Shown here piece by piece: positions 1 to 13,042 of a stretch of DNA of 53,009 bases. Position numbers and translations under genes: made by a program. The notes beneath the pieces are model-generated. The model saw only the letters and a program-made list of their open reading frames with translations, made no database searches and was not told where the DNA came from. Location of the stretch: assembly GCA_002269645.1 (NCBI GenBank), contig NIVC01003475.1, forward strand, positions 43,110 to 96,118. The letters are read 5' to 3'. Every line of letters starts with the position of its first letter. The stretch's first letter is position 1. Source of the stretch: Macrostomum lignano. Lineage: Eukaryota.

Positions 1-863
1 CTGTCCGTCCGTCCATCCGTCTGTCTTTCTGTATGTCTGTCTCTGTCTGTCTGCCGTCCGTCCGTCTGTCTTTCTGTACGTCTGTCTGTCTGTCTTAGTG
101 TCTGTCTGTCTGTCTTAGTGTTGTCTGTCTGTCTCTGTGTCTGTCTGTCTGTCTCTGTCTCTGTGTGTCTTCTGTCTGTCCGTCCGTCCGTCTGTCTTTC
201 TGTATGTCTGTGTCTTTCTGTCTGTCTGTCTGTCCGTCCGTCTGTCTTTCTGTCTGTCGGTCTGCCTGTCTGTCTGTCTGTCTGTCTGTCTATGTGTCTT
301 CTGTCTGTCTCTGTGTCGTCTGTCTGTCTGTCTGTCTGTCTAGTGTGTCTGTCTGTCTGTCTGTCTGTTCTGTCTGTCTGTCTGTCTGTGTCTGTCTGTC
401 TGCCTGTCTGTGTGTCTGTCTCTGTGTCTGTCTGTCTGTCGTGTGTCTGTCTGTCTGTCGTCCGTCGTCCGTCTGTCTTTCTGTATGTCTGTCTGTCTGT
501 CTGACTGCCAGTCTGTCTATGTGTCTGTCTGTTCTGTGTGTCTGTCTGTCTGTCCGTCCCGTCCATCCGTCTGTCTTTCTGTATGTCTGTCGGTCTGTCT
601 GTCTGTCCGTCCGTCCGTCTGTCTTTCTGTACGTCTGTCTGTCTGTCTTAGTGTCTGTCTGTCTGTCTTAGTGTCTGTCTGTCTGTCTCTGTGTGTCTGT
701 CTCTCTGTCTCTGTGTGTCTGTCTGTCTGTCCGTCCGTCCGTCTGTCTTTCTGTATGTCTGTGTCTTTCTGTCTGTCTGTCTGTCCGTCCGTCTGTCTTT
801 CTGTCTGTCGGTCTGCCTGTCTGTCTGTCTGTCTGTCTGTCTATGTGTCTGTCTGTCTCTGTG

Positions 864-904
<41 letters not shown>

Positions 905-907
905 TAG

Positions 908-947
<40 letters not shown>

Positions 948-1025
948 GGTCTGTCTGTTTGTACAGTCTGTCTGTCTGTCTGTGTCTGTCTGTCTGTCGG
1001 TCTGTCTGTTTGTACAGTCTGTCTG
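1..1025. repeat. Compound (TGTC)n microsatellite
   Basis: CTGT/CCGT/GTGT units throughout. Confidence 0.97.
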
Positions 1026-1729
1026 TATTTCTATTTGATTTTATAGCAGCAAAGTCAGACAAAAGTTGCAACAAAAAAGCAGCTTAGCCAAATGACCACC
1101 AGAATGTCAAGGCCCGACTAAATGCTTCGGACACAAACACACAGGTATATTGTGACAAGCAGACCGGAACTGATGGTGAATGGCACACCAAGCTGGCAGA
1201 CTCGCAAGCTTTACTGACGATCAAGATAGCAATAAATATAATATTCACACAGCGAAGCCAAGGACCAAGGCATCCGCTACCTACTATCCGCTGCCTACCT
1301 ATCGATTCAATATTGTATAACACTGGCTCGCACAGAGGTTGCAACACAGACACGCCAGACAGGGTAAACAAGGAGCCAAACAAAGATAATATGAAATGGA
1401 TTTAACAATAACAAACTAGCACAGATACTAAAGCAAGCATTATACGTGATTGTTAGATTTTTTGCTAAAAAAATAAACATGACTAAACTGTATAAGCTAT
1501 ATTTATACACATCAGTCAATTTACAGTATACATTAAGCATTAAATCTTTCATTATATCAGCAATACAATGCAATGGGCGCTCGACAAAGTAGACCTACAA
1601 CTATATATGTAAATTGCATAGCCAGATAAATATATAAATATAAGCATTTGACAATTATACGCATTTATATAGGGATATGCGATTGTATGTTAAGGAATAC
1701 TGAATATAGACATATAGTACATAGGAAAG

Positions 1730-2512
1730 ATAAGACAGGGAGGAAAGAGGAGATAGAAAGAGAAGGGAGAAAAGAGAGGGGAGAGGAGAGCGAAGGGAGG
1801 GAGGGGAGAAGAGAGAGGGAAGAGGGGAGAGGGAAGAAAGAGAGGGTAGAAGGGAGACGGAGGAAGGGACAGGGGAGAAGAGGGAGGGAAGAAGGAGAGA
1901 GAGGGGAGAAGAGAGAAGGGAGAGGAGGAGAGGGGAGAGAATGGAGAGGAGAAGGGAGAGGGGAGAAGAGAGAAGGGAGAGGAGGAGAGGGGAGAATGGA
2001 GAGGAGAAAGGGAGAGGGAGAAGAGAGAAGGGAGAGGAGGAGAGGGAGAGAAGGGAGAGGAGAAAGGGAGAGGGAGAAGAGAGAAGGGAGAGGAGGAGAG
2101 GGGAGAGGGAGGAGAAAGGGAGAGGGAAAGGAAGAGAGAGAGGAGGAGAGGGGAGAAGGGAGAGAGGGAGAAGGAAGAGGAAGGAGGAGAGGGGAGAAGG
2201 GAGAGGGGATAAGGAAGAGAAGGGAGAGGGGATAAGGAAGAGAAGGGAGAGGGAGAAGGGAGAGGGGAGAAGAGAAAGAGAAGAGAGAGGAGAGGGAGGA
2301 GAGGGGAGGAGAGGGAGAAGGGAGAGGGGAGAAGGGAGAGAAGGGAGTGGGGAGAAGGGAGAGGGGAGAAGAGAAAGGGGAGAAGAGAGAGGAGAGGGGA
2401 GGAGAGGGGAGGAGAGGGAGAAGGGAGAGGGAGAAGGGAGAGGAGAGAAGGGAGAGTGGAGAGAGAAGGAAGGGGATATTGGAAAGGAGAGGAAATAGAG
2501 GGAAGGAGAGAC
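1730..2512. repeat. Polypurine GA-rich low-complexity tract
   Basis: Almost exclusively G/A on the plus strand (GGAGA, GAGAAGG units). Confidence 0.95.
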
Positions 2513-2984
2513 GCAAGTTGCGAGAGTGAAAGACAGAGACACAAAATAGATTGATTTACAATGTTCACAACAGTGTTCTGTTATGGTAATGTCTGTATTC
2601 ACAATGACAGTGATTAAACATTCACAAGCAGTGATCAGTCTGAACTAGATAGCCAAAATTAAAATAAGACCCACGCCTGGTCAGCGCGCGTTAAAATTTA
2701 GACATTTTATAATTGGTGTTGGTTAGTGGCAAGAATTCTTCAGACAGGGACTGGGCACTGCCAGCTCGAAACAGAAAATCAAAATAATAAGCCATGCGGT
2801 CTTAAACTGAAATCCATTTTAAACGTAGCTCGTACGCCATACTAAGCAAAATTTGTTCGAAGTGCAATAGTGGAGATGCACTTTGACAAGGAAAATATTT
2901 TAGCGAATTTCTCGGGCCAACAGCATAATTTTGTTTTTGTACAGTAACTCAGAATTAAACTCGCCCCTACTAGACCTAGTCCCA

Positions 2985-3470
2985 AAGTACACTGATTCTA
3001 TTTATAGAAGCAAAACTCTAGCCCCACTTATCTAGACTCAAAGTACACTGATTCTATTTATAGAAGCAAAACTCTAACCCCACTTATCTAGACACAAAGT
3101 GCACTGATTCTATTTATAGAAGCAAAACTCTAGCCCCACTTATCTAGACTCAAAGTACACTGATTCTATTTATAGAAGCAAAACTCTAGCCCCACTTATC
3201 TAGACTCAAAGTGCACTGATTCTATTTATAGAAGCAAAACTCTAGCCCCACTTATCTAGACTCAAAGTGCACTGATTCTATTTATAGAAGCAAAACTCTA
3301 GCCCCACTTATCTAGACTCAAAGTGCACTGATTCTATTTATAGAAGCAAAACTCTAGCCCCACTTATCTAGACTCAAAATACACTGATTCTATTTAGAAG
3401 CAAAACTCTAGCCCCACTTATCTAGACTCAAAATACACTGGTTCTATTTATAGAATCGAATTTTTAGTAT
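2985..3470. repeat. 56-bp minisatellite, about 9 copies, downstream of the SOS stop
   Basis: Unit TCTAGACTCAAAGTRCACTGATTCTATTTATAGAAGCAAAACTCTAGCCCCACTTA. Confidence 0.95.
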
Positions 3471-3550
3471 ATTGGATTCTCTAACGCCCAGTCTAGTCCA
3501 GTGTACACTGATTTCATTTTTAGCATCAGGCCTAGCCTTTGTTAAAGTAT

Positions 3551-3816
3551 TCAACCATGCGGCGGCTGCTGCTGACCCAGAGAGCCGATCACCCGGCCGC
3601 CTGGGTTCTGTCGGGGCGGCACGGCGGGCGGTCTAGAGGCCGCCAGCCTAGGCGGACGATCTGGCGGCTTTACCGACACTGAAGCATTCCTCGGAGGCGG
3701 CTGCGGCGGCAGTTGTTGAATCGTGGGACCAGATGGAACCGGGTCCGACACGCTGCGAGAGTGATCTGCGGGTTGCATTGGCAAGCGATAATTCAGATAA
3801 TTCAGAATAGCAGCAA
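3551..3816 (-). CDS. sos: SOS last coding exon, proline-rich tail with stop
   Basis: Acceptor ctacag, phase 1; encodes [22 protein letters not shown]; TGA at 3553-3551. Confidence 0.8.
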
Positions 3817-6800
3817 CTGTAGAGGGAGGATAGGGGCTGTATGGCATGCAATAAAATGCAAAAATTTAATACAAGAAATGAAGATTAACAAATAGGAAAA
3901 ATGTATTAACAAAAACGTGCTGTACTACTAAAAGTAACTAGAGGAAAACGCATTGGTGTGGTGAGATTCTATTAGCCAAAAATTGTTTGAATGGCTAGAT
4001 TAGCAATCATTTTAGATTCCATCATTTGTCATGATTGGCTAGATTAGCAATCCATTCTAGACTCCATTATTTGTCATGATTGGCTAGATTAGCAATCCAT
4101 TCTAGACTCCATTATTTGTCATGATTGGCTAGATTAGCAATCCATTCTAGACTCCATTATTTGTCATGATTGGCTAGATTAGCAATCCATTCTAGACTCC
4201 ATTATTTGTCATGATTGGCTAGATTAGCAATCCATTCTAGACTCCATTATTTGTCATGATTGGCTAGATTAGCAATCCATTCTAGACTCCATTATTTGTC
4301 ATGATTGGCTAGATTAGCAATCCATTCTAGACTCCATTATTTGTCATGATTGGCTAGATTAGCAATCCATTCTAGACTCCATTATTTGTCATGATTGGCT
4401 AGATTAGCAATCCATTCTAGACTCCATTATTTGTCATGATTGGCTAGATTAGCAATCCATTCTAGACTCCATTATTTGTCATGATTGGCTAGATTAGCAA
4501 TCCATTCTAGACTCCATTATTTGTCATGATTGGCTAGATTAGCAATCCATTCTAGACTCCATTATTTGTCATGATTGGCTAGATTAGCAATCCATTCTAG
4601 ACTCCATTATTTGTCATGATTGGCTAGATTAGCAATCCATTCTAGACTCCATTATTTGTCATGATTGGCTAGATTAGCAATCCATTCTAGACTCCATTAT
4701 TTGTCATGATTGGCTAGATTAGCAATCCATTCTAGACTCCATTATTTGTCATGATTGGCTAGATTAGCAATCCATTCTAGACTCCATTATTTGTCATGAT
4801 TGGCTAGATTAGCAATCCATTCTAGACTCCATTATTTGTCATGATTGGCTAGATTAGCAATCCATTCTAGACTCCATTATTTGTCATGATTGGCTAGATT
4901 AGCAATCCATTCTAGACTCCATTATTTGTCATGATTGGCTAGATTAGCAATCCATTCTAGACTCCATTATTTGTCATGATTGGCTAGATTAGCAATCCAT
5001 TCTAGACTCCATTATTTGTCATGATTGGCTAGATTAGCAATCCATTCTAGACTCCATTATTTGTCATGATTGGCTAGATTAGCAATCCATTCTAGACTCC
5101 ATTATTTGTCATGATTGGCTAGATTAGCAATCCATTCTAGACTCCATTATTTGTCATGATTGGCTAGATTAGCAATCCATTCTAGACTCCATTATTTGTC
5201 ATGATTGGCTAGATTAGCAATCCATTCTAGACTCCATTATTTGTCATGATTGGCTAGATTAGCAATCCATTCTAGACTCCATTATTTGTCATGATTGGCT
5301 AGATTAGCAATCCATTCTAGACTCCATTATTTGTCATGATTGGCTAGATTAGCAATCCATTCTAGACTCCATTATTTGTCATGATTGGCTAGATTAGCAA
5401 TCCATTCTAGACTCCATTATTTGTCATGATTGGCTAGATTAGCAATCCATTCTAGACTCCATTATTTGTCATGATTGGCTAGATTAGCAATCCATTCTAG
5501 ACTTTATATTCCTACGTAAACTATAAGATCGACCTAATGATCAATCTATTAAAATAGTTTTCATAAAACTACGAACGAACTACTGCAAACTACTGGACCC
5601 AATCAAGAGCCAAGGCAAGACCAAGATCAACTACTCTCATAACTGTCTCTAATTTATTAGCTCGTAAGCATGAGCTCTATGCTAAGGATAAAGTCACAAG
5701 TGCTTTATCTACACGAGTGCTAAAAAGGTGCTTGAAAGAAAGGCAAATGAAAGTTTAGAAATTAAGCAAACAGCGACAGACACATTACTATAAGCAGCGA
5801 TATCAAGCAGACACTGTGACCGCAATTTGAAAATTTTATCACGATACCGTCTGAGTCAGCTGGGTGCTCCACGCTTTCAATTACTGCAAATTGGAAGCCA
5901 GTCAAATAGCGCTCATTGATCAGTTCACAGAGAAGTGTGGCAGCGAGGGTTACAGACGTTCATTAAGCCTTAACGATGATCATCACAGAGGATCAAGGAG
6001 GTTCATCAAGGAGGTTTATCAAAGAGCTTTAACAAGGAGGTTCAACAAGGAGGTTCATCAAGGAGGTTCACCAAGAAGGTTTATCAAGGAAGTTCATCAG
6101 ATGTTCATCAAGGAGTTTCATAAGGAGGCTCAAGGAGGTTCATCAAGGAGGTTCATCAAGGAGGTTCATCAAGGAGGCTAATCAAGGAGGTTCATCAAAA
6201 ATGTTCAACAAGGAGGTTCATCAAGTAGATCCAGCGCATGCAACTGTGTAGAAAGCAAGGTAAATAATGAATTAAACGGTTTTGCAACTCACTCGGTGAC
6301 GGAGCGATTGAGCCTTCAGGCGACGGTCCCGCCGTTGATGCCGCAGTCGCCGAAGTTGTTGAAGATACTGACGACTGCTGCTGGGGATGCGGTTGGTGCT
6401 GCTGATGATGATGATGATGCAGATGCGGCAGCTGCGGAGGACCGCCGCTGGCTGCTGCAGTGGACAGGGTCAGGAGGCTGCGACCGAGAGCCGCTGTTGC
6501 ACCGGCCGCTTTGACGACGCCGGCACCGCGGCCAGAATTTGAAGACGGCGAGCGAAGGCATTCGGGTGAGAATCTGGCGGTGGGAGAGACACAGTGCAGT
6601 CACATTCATTTTGGGATTAAAATGGAATCTGGCTCTGCTTGTGTAATTAACGGCCTTGAGGGCCAACCCCCACGGCACAGTGAAGTGTATGTACATGCGA
6701 CCTCATTCCAGCCAATCAGTAACAAAACGTACCTCAGCTACTCAACCAAAGCAATAAAAGCACAGCGCAAACCTCCTTTCTCCTCGCCGCTTCAACGCGT

Positions 6801-9800
6801 CCTCGTCGGCGTCCTTGGGCTCCAGGTCGTAGCTCATCCTGTAGAACAGGTCGTCCAGCGCCTGCTGGTTCTGGCTGGTGTCGTCCACCTCGTCCAGTTT
6901 CCGGTCGCCCATTGGGTCGATAGACTGAATTTTTTAAAAAAAACTTAAGCTGAATGACCCCTGAAGCTTTATCTGAATGACCACTGAAGCATTATCTGAA
7001 TCACTCTAAACCATTAGCTAAATGACTCCTGAAGCTTTATTTGAATGACCACTGAAGCTTTATCTGAATGACCCTGAAGCTTTATCTGAATCACTCTAAA
7101 CCATTAGCTAAATGACTCCTGAAGCTTTATTTGAATGACCACTGAAGCTTTATCTGAATGACCCTGAAGCTTTATCTGAATCACTCTAAACCATTAGCTA
7201 AATGACTCCTGAAGCTTTATCTGAATGACCACTGAAGCTTTATCTGAATGACCCTGAAGCTTTATCTGAATGACCACTGAAGCTTTATCTGAATGACCCT
7301 GAAGCTTTATCTGAATCACTCTAAACCATTAGCTAAATGACTCCTGAAGCTTTATCTGAATGACCACTGAAGCTTTATCTGAATGACCCTGAAGCTTTAT
7401 CTGAATCACTCTAAACCATTAGCTAAATGACTCCTGAAGCTTTATCTGAATGACCACTGAAGCTTTATCTGAATGACTCTAAACCATTAGCTAAATGACT
7501 CCTGAAGCTTTATCTAAATGACCACTGAAGCTTTATCTGAATGACTCTGAAGCTTTATCTGAATCACTCTAAACCATTAGCTAAATGACTCCTGAAGCTT
7601 TATCTGAATGACCCTGAAGCTTTATCTGAATCACTCTAAACCATTAGCTAAATGACTCCTGAAGCTTTATCTGAATGACCCTGAAGCTTTATCTGAATCA
7701 CTCTAAACCATTAGCTAAATGACTCCTGAAGCTTTATTTGAATGACCCCTGAAGCTTTATATGAATGACCCTGAAGCTTTAGCTAAATGACTCCTGAAGT
7801 TTGATCTGAATGACCTCTGAAGCTCTATCTGAATGACCCTGAAGCTTTATCTGAATGATACCTGAAGCTTTATCTGAATGAGCCCTAAAGCTTTACTGAA
7901 TGACCCTGAAGCATTAGCTAAATGACTCCTGAAGTTTGATCTGAATGACCCCTGAAGCTTTGTCTGAATGACTCTGAAGCTAATCTGAATGACCCTGAAG
8001 CATTAGCTAAATGACTCCTGAAGCTTTATCTGAATGACCCTGAAGCTTTATCTGAATGACCCTGAAGCTTTATCTGAATGACTCCTGAAGCTTTACCTGC
8101 ACAAACTGCTGAATCTCGGGCACCTCCCGCAGCTGGTAGGCCGTGTCCTTGGCCCTGAACAGTTCGTCGATTCGGTCGGCAACTTGACGATAGCGAAAGA
8201 ACGGCACCAGAACGGTGGAATCGGCCTCGGCATCGCAGAGCAGCTGCAGCGATTCTGGCAACTCTTTCTGCCTGGCTCGATTGATTTCCAGGATGCGGAA
8301 TATGCAGCTCAGGTGGTAGCGCAGGTTGGGCACGCAGGCGCTGGACAGAGAGCGGAGCAGCTCATCGTACTTGGCCAGATTGTTGCTGTTGCTGACCAGC
8401 TCCTGGAATGAGGTGAATTGGATGAGACAGGGTTAGATTAAATTGAGATAGGGGTGAGATTCGATTGAGAAAGGGGTGAGATTCGATTGAGACAGGGGTG
8501 AGATTCGATTGAGACAGAGTTGAGATTCGATTGAGACAGGGGTGGGATTCGATGGAGACAGGGGTGGGATTCGATTGAGACAGGGGTGAGATTCGAGTGA
8601 GACCAGGGTTAGATTAAATTGAGATAGGGGAAAGATTTGATTGAGAAGCGGTTGAGAGTCAACGAGATGTGAGATTTACAGAGATTGGAGAGAGATTCGC
8701 TGAGATTATGGTGAGATTCACCGAGAGTTTGGGTGAGATTCGCTGAGATTATGGTGAGATTCACCGAGAGTTTGGGTGAGATTCGCTGAGATTATGGTGA
8801 GATTCACCGAGACTTTGGATGAGATTCGCTGAGATTGCGGTGAGATTCGCTGAGATTGAGGTGAGATTCGCTGAAACTTAGATGAGATTTTCTGAGATCA
8901 GGGTGAGATTCGCTTGAGAATAGAATGAGATTCGCTGAGACTCGGGTGAGATTCGCTGAGATTATAGTGAGATTCGCTGGGATTATGGTGAGATTCGCTG
9001 AGATTGGGGTGAGATTTGCTGAGATTGAGGTAAGATTTGCTGAGATTGGGTGAGATTCGCTGAGATTGGGGGGATATTTACTTGAGATGAGATTGTATGA
9101 GATAGGGATATGAGCAATCAAACAGATTCTCAGACATAAAAGTGAGATATATTTTCCGCCAACAAAAAGCTCGCTCACCTGCATCTGCTGCAAGAATGAG
9201 TTCTCCCGGCCGTTTTTAATCAGTTTCCAGGTGTGCTGCAGCCTAATGTACTGCACAGACGAGTTCACAAAGACGCTGTCCAAGGCTGCCAGGCCAAGGA
9301 AATTGTTGAGATCGCGAAAGTGCCTCATAATCTGCGAGAGGGTAAAGCATTGCTAATCGGTGGTAGAGAACCACGAAAGATTGCCCCTTAATTCCTTTGA
9401 GAATCGCTGTTCGACCTTTTATAATCTCTTGAAGAATCCCCCACAATCCCCAGCCAATCATGAAGAATCGCCCACAGTCTCCAGCCAATCATGAGGAATC
9501 GCCCACAATACCAGCCAATCATGAGTAATCGCCCACAATCCCCAGCCAATCAGGAGGAATCGCCCACAATCCCCAGCCAATCAGGAGGAATCGTCCACAA
9601 TCCCCAGCCAATCAGGAGGAATCGTCCACAATCCCCAGCCAATCAGGAGGAATCGTCCACAATCCCCAGCTAATCAGGAGGAATCGCCCACAACCCCCAG
9701 CCAATCATGAGGAATCGCCCACAATCCCCAGCCAATCATGAGGAATCGCCCACAATCCCCAGCCAATCATGAGGAATCGCCCACAATCCCCAGCCAATCA

Positions 9801-12618
9801 TGAGGAATCGCCCACAATCCCCAGCCAATCATGAGGAATCGCCCGCAATCCCCAGCGAATCATGAGGAATCGCCCACAATCCCCAGTCAATCATGAGGAA
9901 TCGCCCACAATCCTCAGCCAATCATGAGGAATCGCCCACAATCCCCAGCCAATCATGAGGAATCGCCCGCAATCCCCAGCGAATCCTGGTCTAACCTCGT
10001 AGACCCGCAGCAGAACGTAGCGCCTCTCCTCCAGATTTGGCGTGCTGAGAATGTTACTGCAGCACCACCAGGTGAGCCGATTAGTGTAGCGAATCAGGGC
10101 GTGCACATTGGGCGCTTTGCGCTGTTTCTCGTTAGTCTTCATCCAGTCGCCGGTGACCAGCTCCCAGGGCTGGATGCGCTGGTACAGACTGAACATGTAC
10201 AGAGTGATTTGGCGAGCCAGTTCCAATGGGTGCAGCGACATTAAGTTGAAGTCTTGGGGATCGCTGGTCGTATGCCAGAGAACCTCCGGGCAGTCGGCGG
10301 GCGACGGCGTCTCTTGCGATGGCGACTCGCCTTTGAATCGCCTTTGCGATTAGAAAGGAAGGCAGTTGTATAGTGGTTGTGAGATGAGGCTCTAGAGGGG
10401 AATCCCAACGGCGATTCTATAATGGGGAATCCCAACGGCGATTCTATAGTGGGGAATCCCAACGGCGATTCTATAGTGGGGAATCTCAAACGCGATTCTA
10501 TAGACGGGAATCCCAGTGGCAATTCAATAAGGTGAATCCAAGTAGCGATTCTAAGATAGGGAATCCCAATGGCGATTCTATAATGGGGAATCCCAACGGC
10601 GATTCTATAGTGGGGAATCTCAAACGCGATTCTATAGACGGGAATCCCAGTGGCAATTCAATAAGGTGAATCCAAGTGGCGATTCTAAGATAGGGAATCC
10701 CAACGGCGATTTAATAGTGGGGAATCCCAGTGGCAATTCAATAAAGGGAATCCCAGTCGCGATTCTATGGGTATAAAGGGGAACTCTCGAAAGGTTAAAT
10801 GGGACACACAGACAGACAGACAGAGACAGATAGCTACCTTTCCAAGTTCTTCAGCAGACTGGGGGCTTGAAATTTCTTAATATCGTAGTGCCGCTCAACC
10901 AGCGGGCCGCATAGGAATTCGCGCATTCTGCCCACCAATTTGGGGCAGAGTACAAAGTCGTGAAAGTACTCGCTAACCCAGGTGTTCATCACCTTCAGTA
11001 CGCGCAATCGGACCCGACGACAATAGGCGTTTTCGAATTCGCGTTTCCTCGACTGCGCCTGCGACATTGGCATGTCCGGACTGGTTTGAAAATCTGCGTA
11101 CGAGTAATCCGGGATGCTGAAGCGGGCAATCAGCTTCTCCATCAGGTGCTGAGGAGTGCAAAACGATCGGTAGGTCATGAGAAATACCGGCATGAGGCGG
11201 TTGTCAATGCCGCCGGGCCCCTGGGTCATCTTTTCTACCAGCTTGTTGAGGGTGGCCCGGCGGATGACGTGAGAATCGCTACTGGAGCTATACTCGCTGT
11301 TCTCCTCCAGTTCCAGCACTGCGTCTGAGTCCGGCTGCAGGAATCTGCGGGTGGATGGGTTGTATCTTGCTGTAGTCTGTAGGGATCCGATGCTATGGTG
11401 TAGGGATTCGTTGCTATGGTGTAGGGATTCGTTGCTATGGTGTAGGGATTTGTTGCTATGGTGTAGGGATCCGTTGCTATGGTGTAGGGATCCGTTGCTA
11501 TGGTGTAGGGATTCGTTGCTATGGTGTAGGGATTTGTTGCTATGGTGTAGGGATCCGTTGCTATGGTGCAGGGATCCGTTGCTATGGCGTAGATATTCGT
11601 TGCTTTGGTGTAGGGATCCGATGCTATGGTGTAGGGATTCGTTGCTATGGTGTAGGGATTTGTTGCTATGATGTAGATATCCGTTGCTATGGTGTAGAGA
11701 TTCGTTGCTTTGGTGTAGGGATCCGATGCTATGGTGTAGGGATCCGTTGCTATGGTGTAGGGATTCGTTGCTATGGCGTAGGTATCCGTTGCTATGGTGT
11801 AGGGATCCGTTGTTATGGTGTAGGGATTCGTTGCTATGGCGTAGGGATCTGTTGCTATGATGTAGAGATTCGTTGCTATGGTGTAGGGATCCGTTGCTAT
11901 GATGCAGGGATCCGTTGCTATGGCGTAGATATTCGTTGCTTTGGTGTAGGGATCCGATGCTATGGTGTGGGGATTCGTTGCTATGGTGTAGGGATCCGAT
12001 GCTATGGTGTTAGGGATCCGTTGCTTTGGTGTAGGGATCCGTTGCCATGGTGTAGGGATTCGTTGCTATGGTGTAGGGATTCGTTGCTATGGTGTATGGA
12101 TTTGTTGCTATGGCGTAGGGATTCGTTGCTATGGTGTAGGGATTCGTAGCTAAGGCGTAGGGATCCGTTGCTATGATGTAGAGATCCGTTGCTATGATGT
12201 AGGGATGCGTTGCTATGGTGTAGAGATTCGTTGCTTTGATGTAGGCATCCATTGCTATTGTGTAGGGATTTGTTGCTATGGCGTAGGGATTTGTTGCTAT
12301 GACGAAGGGATTCGTTGCTATGGCGTAGGGATTCCTTGCTATGATGTTAGGAATTCGTCGCTGCGATGTAGATCGTATATGGGATTTTTGTCAGAAGTAA
12401 GGATAAAACCAGCGACAATTTATAAAACAAATTTTACGGCAAACAGCTTATTAAAACTCACTCGTAGCCGTGAGCATTGGTCGGAAAGCAGACTTCCTCT
12501 GGCTTGCTGTTAACACCATGGAATAGGTAGTCTTCGAACATGCTGCGGGCGGTTAAGACAGTGGGGTGGCTATGGCACATATTGGCATCATGGGCTGAGA
12601 AAGTAGGACAGACACATT

Positions 12619-12668
<50 letters not shown>

Positions 12669-12693
12669 CACAGACAGACACACAGACAGACAC

Positions 12694-12744
<51 letters not shown>

Positions 12745-12843
12745 CCCAGGCAGACAGACACAGACAGACAGACACACAGGCAGACAGACACAGACAGACA
12801 AACAGACACACAGGCAGACAGACAGACAGACAAACACACAGGC

Positions 12844-12880
<37 letters not shown>

Positions 12881-13011
12881 CACAGACACACAGACACACA
12901 AACAGACAGACAGACACACAGACAGACAGACACACAGACACACAGACAGACAGACAGACAGACAGACACACACAAACAGACAGACAGACACACAGACAGA
13001 CAGACAGACAC

Positions 13012-13042
<31 letters not shown>

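Noticed and set aside
118-2602. Long ORFs rich in CLSV, ERRG or PSPL
   Set aside because: Stop-free translations of the (TGTC)n and GA-rich repeats in several frames; no splice context or domain.
3991-5503. CRISPR-like regular array
   Set aside because: Head-to-tail identical units with no unique spacers, eukaryotic intron context and no cas genes; the same applies to all other arrays.
10960-11328. Plus-strand ORFs overlapping SOS exons (also 6460-6948, 14773-15395, 18677-19091)
   Set aside because: Antisense shadows of GC-rich coding exons.
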